From: Antechinus flavipes
Taxonomy: Eukaryota
NCBI RefSeq assembly: GCF_016432865.1
Contig: NC_067400.1
Location: forward strand, 562,154,001-562,218,000
DNA length: 64,000 bases
Reading direction: 5' to 3'
A model generated the notes under the pieces. It had not been told where the DNA came from. It searched no databases and saw only the letters and a list, made by a program, of their open reading frames with translations. Shown piece after piece: positions 1 through 12,659 of the stretch (position 1 is its first letter; each line of letters begins with the position of its first letter). A program made the position numbers and the translations under genes.

Positions 1-205
1 TAGTAATAGTGGACAGAGAGCTAGCTTTAGGGTCTGTAAGAGTTCAAATTCTGTTTCTGACATGGATTGACTGTGTGACCTTAGACATATCTTAAGTGGC
101 CCTGGAAACTCTCTACATTGTAGAAGAGATGCTGGTGTGTATTGGAGGGAATTTCCTTGTTGATAGCTTGCTATAACAATGAAATCTCAAGTTTGGTTCA
201 ATAAT
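1..205 (+). mobile_element. Marsupial CORE-SINE fragment (MdoRep1/Mar3-like)
   Basis: tRNA-like head remnant (gagttcaaattctgtttctgac), core (actgtgtgacctt) and tail (ctctctacattgtagaagag...aatgaaatc); family from recalled consensus. Confidence 0.5.
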
Positions 206-270
206 AAAATCAACATCTCATTGGGTATGAATAAAGGACCCTGTGGATAGCAAAGATCCTTTCTAGTGCA

Positions 271-414
271 TTTTTTTTTCTGAGACAATTGGGGTTAAGT
301 GACTTGCCCAGGGACACATAACTAGGAAATGTTAAGCGTCTGAGACCAGATTTGAACTCAGGTCCTCCTAACTTCAGGGCTGGTGCTCTACCCACTGCAC
401 CACCTAGCTGCCCC
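271..414 (-). mobile_element. WSINE1-type tRNA-derived SINE
   Basis: Reverse complement of ggggcagctaggtggtgcagtgg...gagttcaaatctggtctcagac...aaccccaattgtctca plus poly(A); imperfect TSD tctagtgca/tctgggtgca. Confidence 0.9.
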
Positions 415-641
415 TCTGGGTGCATTTTTAAAAGTTTTTCACAACAGTCCTAGGGGATGATAATTCAAGGTTATTAAATCCCTTCATTTAGTGAATGATG
501 TTTATAGGGTAGAAAAAGCACTCCTTCCTGGATAGGAGTAAAACAGGGGAAGAAACCAGGTTTCTGGGGCTAATAGACAAAGGACCAGGCTTTATGGTTG
601 CTTTGAGTATCTATAACTCTTTGTGGGCAACATGGATAAAG

Positions 642-755
642 CAGCCTGATATGTAGTTGGAAAAGAGAGGAGTATTTTAACAAGCAAATAACATCTAAGT
701 AATATTATGAAAATAATTTTGAGAGAGTTCTCAGACCATACTTTGAGAACCACTG
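642..755 (+). mobile_element. Charlie1/MER33-like hAT right end (part of a local duplication)
   Basis: gatatgtagttggaaaaagagaggagtattttaa...taatattatgaaaata...ctttgagaaccactg matches the Charlie1-type internal sequence and right TIR; left end absent. Confidence 0.7.
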
Positions 756-956
756 TTCTAAAATCTCTTCTGGACTTAGAATTCTAAGACTATAATTTAT
801 TTGATCACTTTGGGAAAAGCCGATCAAGAAACATTTAGTAATTGCCTACTATATACTAGACATGGTCCCAGTGTGTGAGAGAGTATATCATAATGTATTG
901 TTTTTTACCTTTTACAGAGGAATATTTATTTCAAAAGTTATAATTGCAAATATACA
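695..956 (+). repeat. Local direct duplication, copy 1 (copy 2 at 3287-3550)
   Basis: About 260 bp align directly with about 21 differences (about 92% identity) and include non-transposon flank. Confidence 0.9.
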
Positions 957-964
957 AGGCTAGA

Positions 965-1445
965 CGTGGGAGGCAGGAAGAGCTGTATAACTCTCAACTC
1001 AGATACATAATAGTTATATAACTTAACTGCTATCTGCCTTTGATTTCCTTATCTGAAAAGTAGAGCCAATAATAGCACCTACCTCTTAGGGCTTCTATCT
1101 GCCTTGATTTCCTCATCTGCAAAATAGAGCCAATAATAGCATCTACTTTTTTAAAATTAAAGCTTTTTATTTTTCAAAACATTTGCGTGGACAATTCTTC
1201 AACATTAGCCCTTGCAAAACCTTGTGTTCCAATCCCCCCTTGCTTCCCTCACGCCCTCTTCTCGATGGCAAGTGGTCCAATACATGTTAAACATTATAGA
1301 AATATATGTTAAATCCAATATATGCATACATATTTATACAATTATCACAGTACCTCCCTCTTAGGAAGATAGAATGAGATAATAATGATACAACCCTTTG
1401 TAAGCCTTAAAGTGATATATAAAGACTAGTTATTGTTATTACTAT
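965..1445 (+). mobile_element. MIR, with internal ~65 bp tandem duplication, split by an L1 fragment
   Basis: MIR core (tttcctcatctgcaaaatagagccaataatagca) occurs twice at ~1030-1146; MIR tail resumes after 1345. Confidence 0.65.
1147..1345 (-). mobile_element. L1 3' end fragment
   Basis: Poly-T then tttcaaaaca...cttgcaaaaccttgtgttccaa...aatccaatatatgcatacatatttatacaattatc; same sequence as 53383-53775. Confidence 0.85.
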
Positions 1446-2564
1446 TATTTCTCAGTGGTGGGGTTGGAGGCACTGAAGAAAGGAATGTGTAAATTGGAGC
1501 CTAAAGTCTTTCCCCATTCTATAATCCCTACAACCCAAGAAGCAGGTTCTGTTAGAAAGTTTGCCTCTTCTTACCTTAGACTCTTCCATTTCAGAATGAA
1601 CACTCCATCATATGAGCATGGATAAGACCAAAGGAAAAGGAAAATAGAAGGTGCTAAGAAATGTGTTTGGGGGCATAAGAATGGGACCCATCTTTCTTAT
1701 CTGTTTCCCTTCCTCTGGATTGGCTTGTCTTATACCTCCAGTCTCTAGGCTGGGACTCCCAGTCTGGGCCCTCAGTTCACTCTTCTCTGCCTCTGTGGGG
1801 AATGGTCAGTCCTGTTCAGGTTATAGGCCCTGGGCTTCCTGGTCCTGCTTTTCCCTCCCATGCTCCAGGCTTTGGGCTCAGATACAGATGCTCGTTAGCT
1901 TTGCCTCCTGCTCCACAGCCTTATGGATTTTCTCCTAGCCACTCTATCACTAGGCAGGTCACATTCTTTGGGCTTTCTGGAAACCAGCTCCTTTGCTCCT
2001 CATCTCTCATCCCTTAAAGCAAGGAGGAAGAGGTGGCTGATAATCCACAAGAAGGACAAGAGAACAAATGACAGAGAATGGGAAGATGGACCGTCCTCTT
2101 CCCCACTGTAGTGACACCTTTGCCATTACTGCTGGTTAACCTCTTAAAGAAATCCCCTTTCTTTATAGGGCCTCTGTCCCAAAACTCACATCCTCTGAAT
2201 GACCCATGGGCCTGGAAATTAAGGGACAGATGTGACCTGAAAGAGAAGCTGCAGACCTACCACCTGCACTTAGACTGGTATCAGACACCCGCCAGCAGGA
2301 AATGGGAGGAATGATGGATATCTGGGCAGGTCGGGCAAGGCAGTTGTTTGAATCATGTGTTAGAATGCAGACCTGGCTTAGGGATAGGGAGACCAGGATT
2401 CTGGTCACACTTGCTGTGTGATCTAGGGAAAATGCCTTTCCCTCTCTTTGCAAATCCCTTTTCTTGCAACTTCCTCATTCATAAAGTGAGAAGGCTGGCC
2501 TAGATAGCCTCTAAAGTCTCTTCCACCTCTGATATTTTAAGAATGACATTCTAGTATTGAGACA

Positions 2565-2790
2565 AGTAGGAGACACAGTGTGTTCAGTGTCCCAGGCCTG
2601 GAATTAGGAAGTCGGTTCAAATTGTGAACCCAGACAAGTCACTTACCTTATTTGCCTAAGTTTTAGAGAGGATATAACAGCCCACCTCACAGGGTTGTTG
2701 TGAATAGCAAATAAGGTGATATTTGTAAAAAATAAAACAAAACACCTAGTGCAGTACCTGGCATGTAGAAGATGCTGTAGAAATACTTTT
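2565..2790 (+). mobile_element. MIR/CORE-SINE
   Basis: ccaggcctggaattaggaag...caagtcactta...cccacctcacagggttgttgtga. Confidence 0.65.
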
Positions 2791-2888
2791 CCTTTCCCTC
2801 TCCAGGATCCCTTCCAGCTGTGACATTCTGTTTGTCCTACAGTCTAAGGAGTTTTCCAATGCTAGCATTTTTCCTTATGTTCTAAAGT

Positions 2889-3347
2889 TCTCAAACTATT
2901 TGGTCCCAGGACACTTTTTCATTCCTGAAAGTTGTCGAGAATCTCAAAGAGCTTTTTTTATATGAGTTATTATGTATGAACATTTCATCTATTAGAAATT
3001 AAAACTGATACAATTTAAAAATATGAATTATTAAAAATAGCAACCACAAATCCATCGCATTAACATAAATAACATATTTTATGAAAACAAAAAAATTAGT
3101 GAGAAGNNNNNNNNNNNNNNNNNNNNNNNNNNNNNNNNNNNNNNNNNNNNNNNNNNNNNNNNNNNNNNNNNNNNNNNNNNNNNNNNNNNNNNNNNNNNNN
3201 NNNNNNNNNNNNNNNNNNNNNNNNNNNNNNNNNNNNNNNNNNNNNNNNNNNNNNNNNNNNNNNNNNNNNNNNNNNNNNNNNNNNNNCTAAGTAATATTAT
3301 GAAAATAGTTTTGAGAGAATTCTCAGACTACAGTTTGAGAACCACTG
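2889..3347 (+). mobile_element. Charlie1/MER33-like hAT DNA transposon (spans assembly gap)
   Basis: Degenerate left TIR (gttctcaaactatttggtcccaggac), internal ttagaaattaaaactga...ttagtgagaag, right TIR tttgagaaccactg; flanks ttctaaag/ttctaaca resemble an 8-bp TSD. Confidence 0.8.
3107..3286. other. Assembly gap (180 N)
   Basis: Run of N. Confidence 1.
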
Positions 3348-3550
3348 TTCTAACATCTCTTCTGGATTTAGAATTCCAAGACTATAATTTATTTGATCAC
3401 TTTGGGAAAAGCCAATCAAGAAGCATTTAGTAATTGCCTACTATATACTACACATGCTCCTAAGTGTGTGAGAGAGTATATCGTAGTGCATTTTTTTTTT
3501 ACCTTTTACAAAGGAATATTTATTTCAAAAGTTATAATTACAAATATACA
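3287..3550 (+). repeat. Local direct duplication, copy 2 (copy 1 at 695-956)
   Basis: Direct alignment to 695-956; left extent hidden by the gap. Confidence 0.9.
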
Positions 3551-5769
3551 TATTCCCAACATTTAGAAGGTATAGTTCACTCCCCCCCTAACTCATTCCC
3601 CCCAGTCATCTCAGTCTTTGAGGATGGGAAGGGGATTAAATTTATAGCTTTACTTGGTTTCTATAACAAATTCCAAGTCTTATGTTTCTTGGCTTGGAGT
3701 TTTTCTGCTGGACTGGCTATATCATCTTGACTGAGATCTTGGTTCCAAAGTTACTGTGGCTTGAATTTCCAGTCCAGTGAGGATTATTGTAGTTATTTGA
3801 AACTGAGAACAAAGAAAACTGAAGAGAAACAAAAGAAACAATTCCCCTCCCCCCTCCCTCCTCCTGCCCCGGACCATTTTTTTTTTAGATCTGGGGTAAA
3901 AGAAAGAGGGAGCAGGGGAAGAAGTCCTTCTTCTTCTCTGTGGTTCAGTTCATGGTGCCCATACTGTGACTGAGCTTATATCTTTGCCCTCTGAGAGAAG
4001 CAGGAAAGATCTCATAGGAAATGGGGTAAGCTAGAAAGAGAGGTAGAAAGAGAATTGGTATCTTATTCTCACTAATTTTTAAAGAAGACTGGTTTTGATT
4101 ATGCAATCAATCAAAGGAGAATACATTCACCCAAGTGGTAGGAGTTGGAGTGCCTCCATCTTAGGAGATCTGGGAATACCCAGAAAAAGGCACTCAAGGT
4201 GTCTCCTTGTTAAGTGATATGAATGTGTTCCAAAGGCAGGTCCCTGTTATAAATTTCTCCTTTCTAAATATGCCATCCTTGGCAAATAGGCAGGCTTGTG
4301 TTTTGATTTTTAAACAACAGTACTTGTCACAAATTCAAAATAGTTCTCTGTGGTCTCTGGGGAGGCCTGAATGATTTCTCTTCACATGCTTCTCTGGTGC
4401 CATTCAGTAAAATTTCAATATAGCCAATTTCACATGATCATATACAATCTCACACATACGGATGGAAATTACAGTTATGCTCAGACATAAAGTTTGTTGA
4501 TTCACAAAAACAAGGAAGAAAGTTTCATAAAGCTCACCCGATTTGTTAATCCACCAGTAAAAAGAAAGAGCAAAGACAAAGAAAACTGGTTTCCATCTGG
4601 AACAGATACTTGGCTCACACGGAGCTTTCCAAACTATATGGAACTCTCTCCAGGGAGATTTGGGATATGGGATTGACTACATGTCTCACTCTTTTCTCAA
4701 ATAGGAAAACTGTCCTGAGAAGAAACTCTTTCAATGATTCTCTCGATGCAGAAGCCCAATCAGTTGAGGTCTACACAAAAAGTGTGCCTTTCTAGACAGG
4801 GCTCATCAAAATTCTCTTGGGGGTCTCTCTAGCCTAGTTGATTCCCATAGAGTTCTAGACAATTTTCTCTGTGTGTCTTATCCCAAAGATAATCCCTGGA
4901 TCCTTGATATTTCCAGGACAAATCAAATGGAATTGTAGATTTACCCACAAGGACAAGACAAGTAGGTTCAGTCAGAGAAGTAACAAAGAATACCAGCTAT
5001 GTGTGGATTTTAGGTGCTGGCAGTGTATCCTAAGAAGTAGTAAGACATTTTGCTTTCACAAAAGGCAAGCAGTCTAAATCTATTTAAATGAAAAAAACCA
5101 ATATGAACCATTCGATTTAGTAGAACTCTTAGTAGCAATTTCTTCATTAAACTTACTACCAGCAAGTAAGGATTCAATAATTCAGTGAATTTCTAAATCA
5201 CTTCATTTCTCTAGGTCTCAGTTTCTTCATGTGCATAATGAGAGGCTTGAACTAAATGCTTTCTGAAGTCTATTCCTATAGTTTTGAACTTTGTAAAATA
5301 TTTTCAAATGGCTTGTGAACATTTAGGAAGACTTCCCAGAGTGGGGAAGATCTTAGGAGCTATGTGAATGAGGTGCTTTGTCAAGAAAAGTGAGGTTAGC
5401 CATTCTTGGGCCAATGGAGTCTTTTTGGGCTGAAGACCGATGGCTCTTTCCAAAGCTTCCTTCTGTCCTGTGAGGGAAGCCAGATCTCTAAGGATCCATC
5501 ACAGAAGAGATAGCTTCCTGGTTGAACCTTGTCATGGCCTTCTCTGTCCAGATGATTATCTCTATTTTCCCCTCTTCCTCATCCCTAATCTGGATTCTGC
5601 ACATAAGTCCCTTGGCTTTGATAGGTGAGCTGTTCTCTTACCTTATCTGGGGCCAGGCCTCCATGCCAATTCTCCATAGTTTCCTTCCCATTCACTGTGT
5701 GGGTAACCTCTCCTTTAGAACTTCTCTTTCTGTCCAGTGTTTGCATGTAGAAAGCACTTTTATATACTT

Positions 5770-6020
5770 TTTCCATTTCTCTCCTCTCTTTTTTACCCCC
5801 TTTCTCTCCTCCTCTTCCCCCCTCTTCTCTTTTCCTCCCTCTCTCTCCCTTTTTCTCCTGCCTTTCTCCTTCTTCTACCTCCCTCTCCCTCTCTACCTTC
5901 CTCTTTTCCCCTCTCCCTCCCTCTCTCCTCCATCTCTCCTCTCTCCCTTTCTTCCTCTTTCTCTCCCCATCCCTCTCTTTCATTCTCTTTCTCTTCTCTC
6001 CCTTTTTTCCATCACCCATC
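5770..6020 (+). repeat. CT-rich low-complexity polypyrimidine tract
   Basis: Nearly pure C/T; source of spurious ORFs. Confidence 0.95.
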
Positions 6021-6034
6021 CTGAATGTTAGTAC

Positions 6035-6560
6035 TAATCAAACAGCAAACATTTATTAAGCACCTATTATGTGCCAGGCACTATATCTGTGTCTGGAGAT
6101 AAAAAGACATAACTAACACTGTCCCTATCATTAAAGAGTGTACCTTCTCCCAAGGAGCTGATATTCCACACACCAGTGTTCTTTCAATGAACAAATCAAC
6201 AATCACATATTAAGTATCTACTTTATGCCATACTCTGTATTAGGCTCTGAGAATATCAGCACAAGAATAATACTTCTCACAGGGGGTAAGAATATGTACA
6301 TGTGATTATATAGAAAGTAAAGACAAATGGGAGGGGCAGATGGCAGAGAGAAGTTGTGGTGGTTATATGTGTGGATGAGTAACATGGAAGCCATGTCTGG
6401 GAGACTGGATGATAGGAAGCTAAGTACATGAAAAGAACCCAGCCTTACCCAAGTGTTCTGATGTAGAAAGAGCTGGTGAGTAAAGAGGAAAAGCTGATAG
6501 GAGAAGGACAATATCACTATTTGGGGGTTGATGGCATAATAGTAAGACACAACAGGAAGA
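6035..6560 (-). mobile_element. L2 3' fragments
   Basis: aaacatttattaagcacctattatgtgccaggcac is the reverse complement of the L2 3' end; further L2-like sequence follows. Confidence 0.7.
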
Positions 6561-8724
6561 CTCAAACTTTTAGAGCTGGGCAAACTCTTCATGGTCCTTA
6601 GTTTGACCAATTTACTTTACAGAGGAGGAAACTGAGGTAGAGAAAAGGGGAGGGTCTGACTTTTCTATGCCCAAGGTCACAAAGAAATAGTTGAAAACCC
6701 TATTTTCTTCACCAAACAGTAGAGGAGAAGTTTCTCAAGGTCAAAGATTATTGTACATTTATCTCTTAATCAGCCTTTAGAACAGTGCTTGGCACATAGT
6801 AGGCACTTAACAAAAGTGTATTACATTGAACTGAAAATTGGAAAGGATAGAATGATTTTTTAAAGAGGCAACTGAAGTACAAGATAGAAAACAAAAGTAT
6901 AATACAAGACTCTAATTTTAAATGATTTCACCAGTGTGTGAAGAGGAGCCACCAAAAGTACTGGGCAAAGAGCTTTGGACTGTCAGGAAATTTGGTTTCT
7001 AGTTTGAGCTCTGATACAAACTCACTGTAAAACATTGGGTAAGTCCTGCTGCATTGGGACTTTCAGTTTCCCAAAATATTGTAGGAATTGGACTATTTGT
7101 TCTTGTTTAAGGTTCCATTTCTACCCTTCTCCAAGTGCTCTCCAGCTGCCAGATTGAGGCTTCCATTCAGAATGCCCACAATGTTCATGACCTATGATCT
7201 TTTGGCATCTGTAGGGTGTATTGTGAGGGTGTATTGTCAAAAGAAGATCATGCAATCCAATCTCCCATTTTATTGCTGGAAAATCAGTGACTCTGAGAAA
7301 GGAAGGATCATGGGATCATAGATCAAGATCTGGAAGGTCTCTTAGAGACCAAGAATTCCAACACCCTTATTGTACACCTGAGACACAGAGAGTTTAAGTG
7401 ACTTGGAAAGAGTTACACAGCAAATAAATATCTGAAGCAGTACTTACATTTTCCTAATTGTAAATCCAGCACTCTATTCACCATACCACTTTTCTGAGAT
7501 TATGAGACATTCAATTTGTCCCCAGGGGCCTATAGTTCCTCAAGACAGGGGTATTAATAATACCTGAAAGTATTAGGGGAAGGGGAGAAGCAGTCTATTT
7601 CCTTTTCAAAAGAGCCCACGGTAAGTGACCTACAAATCACCTTGGCTGGATTCCTAACATAGCAAGCCCCTTGGGTTTAGCCAGGGAAGCACAGGATGAC
7701 AAATAGACCACATTCCATTCTGATGGCCCGGTCTCATAATTTTGGGCTGGCAATTATCTACAAGGCTAAGTTAAGGTCACTGAGCCGGGAGTTGGCAAGG
7801 AGGTTGGAGAGATTGAATGTTCTGGTGCTGGGTGCAACCCCCTGGTAAATGTCACCTCTCAGCTGCTGTTTTGATTATATAACCAGAGCTGCCAGAGAGG
7901 ATGGAGATATTGGTCAGATAGAGAACTCTCCTTCCAGAGAGTGAGCTACTGTTCAGTCCACTTCTTTTTATTTCCTTCCATACGGCTTAGCCCTAGAGAG
8001 TGTGGAACTGTACTCTAAACTCAATTAGAAATTTAACAAACCTTATAAATCCTCCCCTGCCAGAGCCTGATAAATCTCTGGTACAGGGCTGGGCTTAGCA
8101 CTTATCCATCTTGGGCTTTAATGACCTCCCCAGCTTGATCTGGGGGAATCATCCAGGACTAGCGACAGCTCTAATTAGTGCAAAGGAACCACTCCTCGAC
8201 CAAGGTGAAGAGGAAATAGTGAGTTTCCCAAGAAGTGATCCTTATGCCATTACTTTCCCCTCACTCCAGCCCCTGTTTAGCCTCGTGCCTTTAAGGGGAT
8301 GGCTCTGTTAGCACTTCATAGCCCCCAGGAGAGGATGGAAGATGGAGACAGCTCCTCGGCTTTAGGATACAAATGTTGCACAATGATGATCCCTCCATTT
8401 ATTGGTTGTTGTGTGGTCTGTAACATGTAGCATTATGAGACTGGTTGTTACCTGTGGTGTTATAATGAGGAATTGCTGTGCCATGGAATGAGTGCAAGCT
8501 TTGGATTAAGAAGATTTGGGTTCCATGACAGTCCAGCTCTGGATCTCAAAGAAAGAAGCAGTCATGGAAATCATGGAGTCTTATCCAATAAATACCGTGC
8601 AAACCACAGGCAGGAGATAGTAACTCACACAAAAATGATAGAAAGGAAAGTGTTTCGTCCTGATTACCTTGGGTCCCAACCTCCATCTGGGGCTGGAAAT
8701 TAAAGTTATTCTTAGAACCTACTC

Positions 8725-9200
8725 AATTCCATTCAACAAGCACTTATTTAGTAGTCTGTCTCTTCCTCTTCCTCTTCACTACATTCATTGCAGGCATTGT
8801 TTGATTGTGAGAATATGAAGACAGGATCAAAGCAAACCCTGCTCCCAGGGATGCTGGGAAAAAACAGTGTACACAGAGTGAATATCAGAATGGATAAAAA
8901 TTAGTTCAAAATCATTAGAAATTAAGGGGAGAACACCAACAACTGGAAATGGGATGTGGAATCTGGAAGGGCTTCCTGTAGGAGGTGACATTTGAGTTGA
9001 ATCTTGAAGGGAGCTAGGGAATTTAACAAGACAGCATTGAGTAGGGAGGGTATTCCAATCATCGGGAACAGCCTCTGTAAAAGTACCCAAGGAAGGATTT
9101 GGGATGTTATATACAATATAGCAAGTAAGGTATTTTGGCTGGAATCAGAGGGGGAGTAATGTGAAATCAGTTTGGAAAGACAGATCGGAGTCAAATTGTG
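8725..9200 (-). mobile_element. L2 3' fragment
   Basis: caattccattcaacaagcacttatt...gggcttcctgtaggaggtgacatttgagttgaatcttgaagg. Confidence 0.75.
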
Positions 9201-9904
9201 GAGGTTATAGACTTATGGGGCATGGTTTCTACTGCCCTAACTTTGCCATTTTTGCCTCTGCTGCTGGAATTCTGGCTAACTCTCCTTTAGCTCAAAATAG
9301 TTCTTTCTGGGTCTGAAGGAATGACTCTCTTATGGGGCAGGCAGCCCCTCCATATGCCTCTCCCCCCAGTTTTTTCTTTCTGACAATCCCAGACCTGATT
9401 GGTAAATTGGAAATATCAGAATCACAGATAGATGGATAGCTTTAGGCGGGAAGTTGGGACACTGGTTGTAGTTTCAGCTTTTTTTTTTTTTTAACCAACT
9501 CAGGGCATGACCTTCCTTCCCTTCCTTAGGCCTCAGTCTCTTCCTCCATAAAATGGAAATGATGATTGTTGCCCCTCTGTACCTTTCAGGTACCTACCTT
9601 AGAGGTAGTATTGTGAAGAGGGAGTCTGGGGCTGCTCTTCAGGCAGAGCCTGCTTTACTTAGAGTTGTGTGCTAAGGAATTGAGCAAAAGGCAGGAATCA
9701 CAATGGAGAAGCAGCTCCTCCCCCCAGCTTTGCCTTCCCTAGGGGGCCTTCTATTCTAGGATTGTTTTAAGGCAAAATTATTAAAGGTCTCAGGGGCCAA
9801 GTACCCACATAATCTAGCTGGAAATAGCTGCCTTTGTCTGTGGCAGAGAAAATAAGAGAATCATTCCTTCTCTCAGAGGTGAGTAAGTGCTTCTTGGCTC
9901 AGGC

Positions 9905-10500
9905 ATTCTCCCTTCCTCCTTCTCCCTCCCTCCCACCTTCTCTNNNNNNNNNNNNNNNNNNNNNNNNNNNNNNNNNNNNNNNNNNNNNNNNNNNNNNNNN
10001 NNNNNNNNNNNNNNNNNNNNNNNNNNNNNNNNNNNNNNNNNNNNNNNNNNNNNNNNNNNNNNNNNNNNNNNNNNNNNNNNNNNNNNCTGTCTCTCTCTTT
10101 CTTCTTCCCTCCCTCTTCCTTTTTTCTCTCCCTCTTTCCCTCCCCCTCACACAAGACACATTTTTCCTCCTTCCTTTTCTCCTGCCTTCTCCTCTTTCTT
10201 ATGTTTTTCCTCCTTTTATTTTTTCCTTCTCTTCTTTCCTATTTCTTTTATTTTGTCTTTCTTCCTTCTCTCTCTTTTTTCATCTTTTTTCTTTTTCTTT
10301 TCTTACATTTCCTTCCCCATCCTCTCTCCTCTTTCATTTCCTTTCTTTCTTCACCCTCTTTGCTTCTCTCCTTCTCTGTTTCTCTACTTCTCATCCTTCC
10401 CTTTGTATTCCTTTCCTCCTTTTTCTTTCCCTTTCAGTCTTTCCTTTACCCTCTACTCCTCTCCTTTCCCCTTCTTCATTCCTCCTTTCCCCACCTCTTC
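9905..10500 (+). repeat. CT-rich polypyrimidine tract containing a 143-N gap (9944-10086)
   Basis: Composition; N run. Confidence 0.95.
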
Positions 10501-11326
10501 AATAAGATCTGTTTAACAGTGGAAAGAAGATGCTTCTCAAAGTAGTGACTCCCTCATTATTAGAGTTATTTAAGTAGCTCTCTCTCTTTCATGATTAATT
10601 CTGAGAAAAACCAAAAGCAGAGGGCAAAAAGAGGCAAGTTGGCCTGAGTTCCCTGGTACTACATGGAGATTATTAGCATGAGAATGAATTGGTTAACTGC
10701 TTCACACGTGCATCATTATTGGCTTAAGGATATTCAAACCTAAAAGAATTGAGAGGTAATTTTACACTAGGAGAGTGATGGCCTCTAGAAACCTATTGAA
10801 TTTGGAAGTAGAAAATTCACTGACAGTGAGACTTGTGATCACAAAGCTGTAACTAGAGTAAAGTAGCTGAAGCTTTGCTCTATAGTGCTGAAATTTATAG
10901 AGCATTGACAATACTTAGACACCTTCATCAGAAAGTAACAACTGAACAAAGAGCCTACTTGTCAAGAATACACAGACAGACTTGTGATCTAATTGATTTG
11001 GGAATTCTCATCAATGATGCATAAGGCAAACCTATCCATGTCTGCTTATGTCTTTCACAAGACCTCAAGAGTTTGCCATAGGAAGTCCATCCAATGTGCC
11101 AGAGGTCTCCTTTACATTCTTCTGCCATTGTAAACATACTGGTAGAACACTCTAGCCATCCATTTGTCTTTCCTCTCCCTCTCACTATGTTTCCAGTCCA
11201 TCTCCTTTGTCACCTGATTCCTCAATGACCTCTTTATTCCTTTTTTTTTTTTTTTTGGAGTCTCTTATTGTTATATTACGTCAATCATTTGCTTTTCCAT
11301 TGCCATCTAGGTGGGGTTCATCTTTA

Positions 11327-11474
11327 ACTTTTTTTCCTTTGCTGAGACAATTGGGGTTAAGTGACTTGCCCAGGGTCACACAGCTAGGAAGTATTAAGTG
11401 TCTGAGTCATATTTGAACTGAAGTCCTCCTGACTTCAGGGCGCGTGCTCTATCCGCTGCGCCATCTAGCTGCCC
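11327..11474 (-). mobile_element. WSINE1-type SINE
   Basis: Full length; TSD tcatcttta at 11318-11326 and 11475-11483. Confidence 0.92.
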
Positions 11475-11960
11475 TCATCTTTAGTTTTTCAAAGGCACTG
11501 GTGTTCTAGCTATTACTGTCATACTTGTGTAAAATGTTTATATTGAGAAGAAAGGTTTTTATAGATTCAGGCAAGCCATTTGTGACACACACTGACTATC
11601 CTATGAGAATTTAGGGTCTGTAAATATGCATCACACTTTCCTTAAAGTAATCCACCCCCCCTCCCTTTTTTCAATGTTAGGTCCAACTCAATGTTCGTTT
11701 GTATTGTCTGTCCTAGACATACATAACCAATGGACAAACTCTATGGGGTATTTATTCAGATGTTAAAATCTAAGCAATAGATATTCTTCAAATATTTGTT
11801 TTTTCCTATATGGATGAACAAGTCAGACTCCTTTGAATGATTTTAAAATTTCTTCTTCTTCCATGAGGTTCTAAACTATATTGGAGTTTGCAATGCCATT
11901 TGCAAACAGGAACATCTGGAATAATCCACCTTCTATTGGAAATTATTTCTTAATCTATAT

Positions 11961-12151
11961 TAGAGCTTCTTAAACTTTTTCCACCCATGACCCCTTTTTG
12001 TCCAAGAAATTTTTTACATGATCCCAAGTATATAGTTATATAAAATAAGTAAGAAAACAGAATACTTACTGATAATAAATAATAATTTCTCTATTCTTAC
12101 ATTCAGTTTTGAAATCCCATATGGGATCATCAACCACATTTTAAGAAGCTG
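11961..12151. mobile_element. hAT-type MITE
   Basis: Terminal inverted repeats gcttcttaaa / tttaagaagc; inserted in the RTE. Confidence 0.6.
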
Positions 12152-12659
12152 ATATCTAGATTCTCCACTGATTCTGCTCTATCACAGTAGCCAATACTTT
12201 TGTGAACCCCCTGTTTTATGCCTCACTTGATGGTTGCTATTTTAGAAAGTCATTGAAATGGGTTATTTCTGTTGTTAGATCTTTTAAAGAATCTTGAATA
12301 GTTTTCATTTATGATTGAGAGGCACCTTACTGTAAATGAGCTTATAAAGTGGTGCTTTGTCTTCCTCCATCTAATTCTTTGTAATTAACAAACAGTAAAT
12401 ACAACAGGATCCTTCATTCTCTGCAGCTTTCAGACAATTATAAAATGGTCAAGGTGCCGTCCACTCCACTATTTTTGGGGAACCCTACTTACTCCTCTTA
12501 ATACTCTCATTGAGGATGCCTTCAACACATGAATTGATGAACCTCAAGATTTTGCACAAATGGGAAATATAGATTGACAGCTGTTGTTTTTTTCTTAGTT
12601 GCCTTTTTTGGGTGTCAATAAGGTCTGAGATTTTATATATCTCCCTTCTTTTCCAATTC

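Larger units (their letters stand above)
10985..12480 (-). mobile_element. RTE-clade LINE, RT region and 3' end (interrupted by WSINE1 and a hAT MITE)
   Basis: Minus-strand peptides resemble RTE ORF: QMFLFANGI (~MLLFADDI), TIQDSLKDLTTEITHFND, GWITLRKV-CIFTDPKF; RTE-type 3' tail at 10985-11190. Confidence 0.75.

Noticed and set aside
271-414. tRNA genes (A/B box-like motifs such as gagttcaaat)
   Set aside because: These are tRNA-derived SINE heads continuing into the CORE domain and poly(A), with no cloverleaf
5522-6031. ORFs of 95-169 aa on both strands
   Set aside because: Translations of a CT/GA low-complexity tract
9834-10545. ORFs of up to 223 aa
   Set aside because: Low-complexity sequence plus read-through across the N gap
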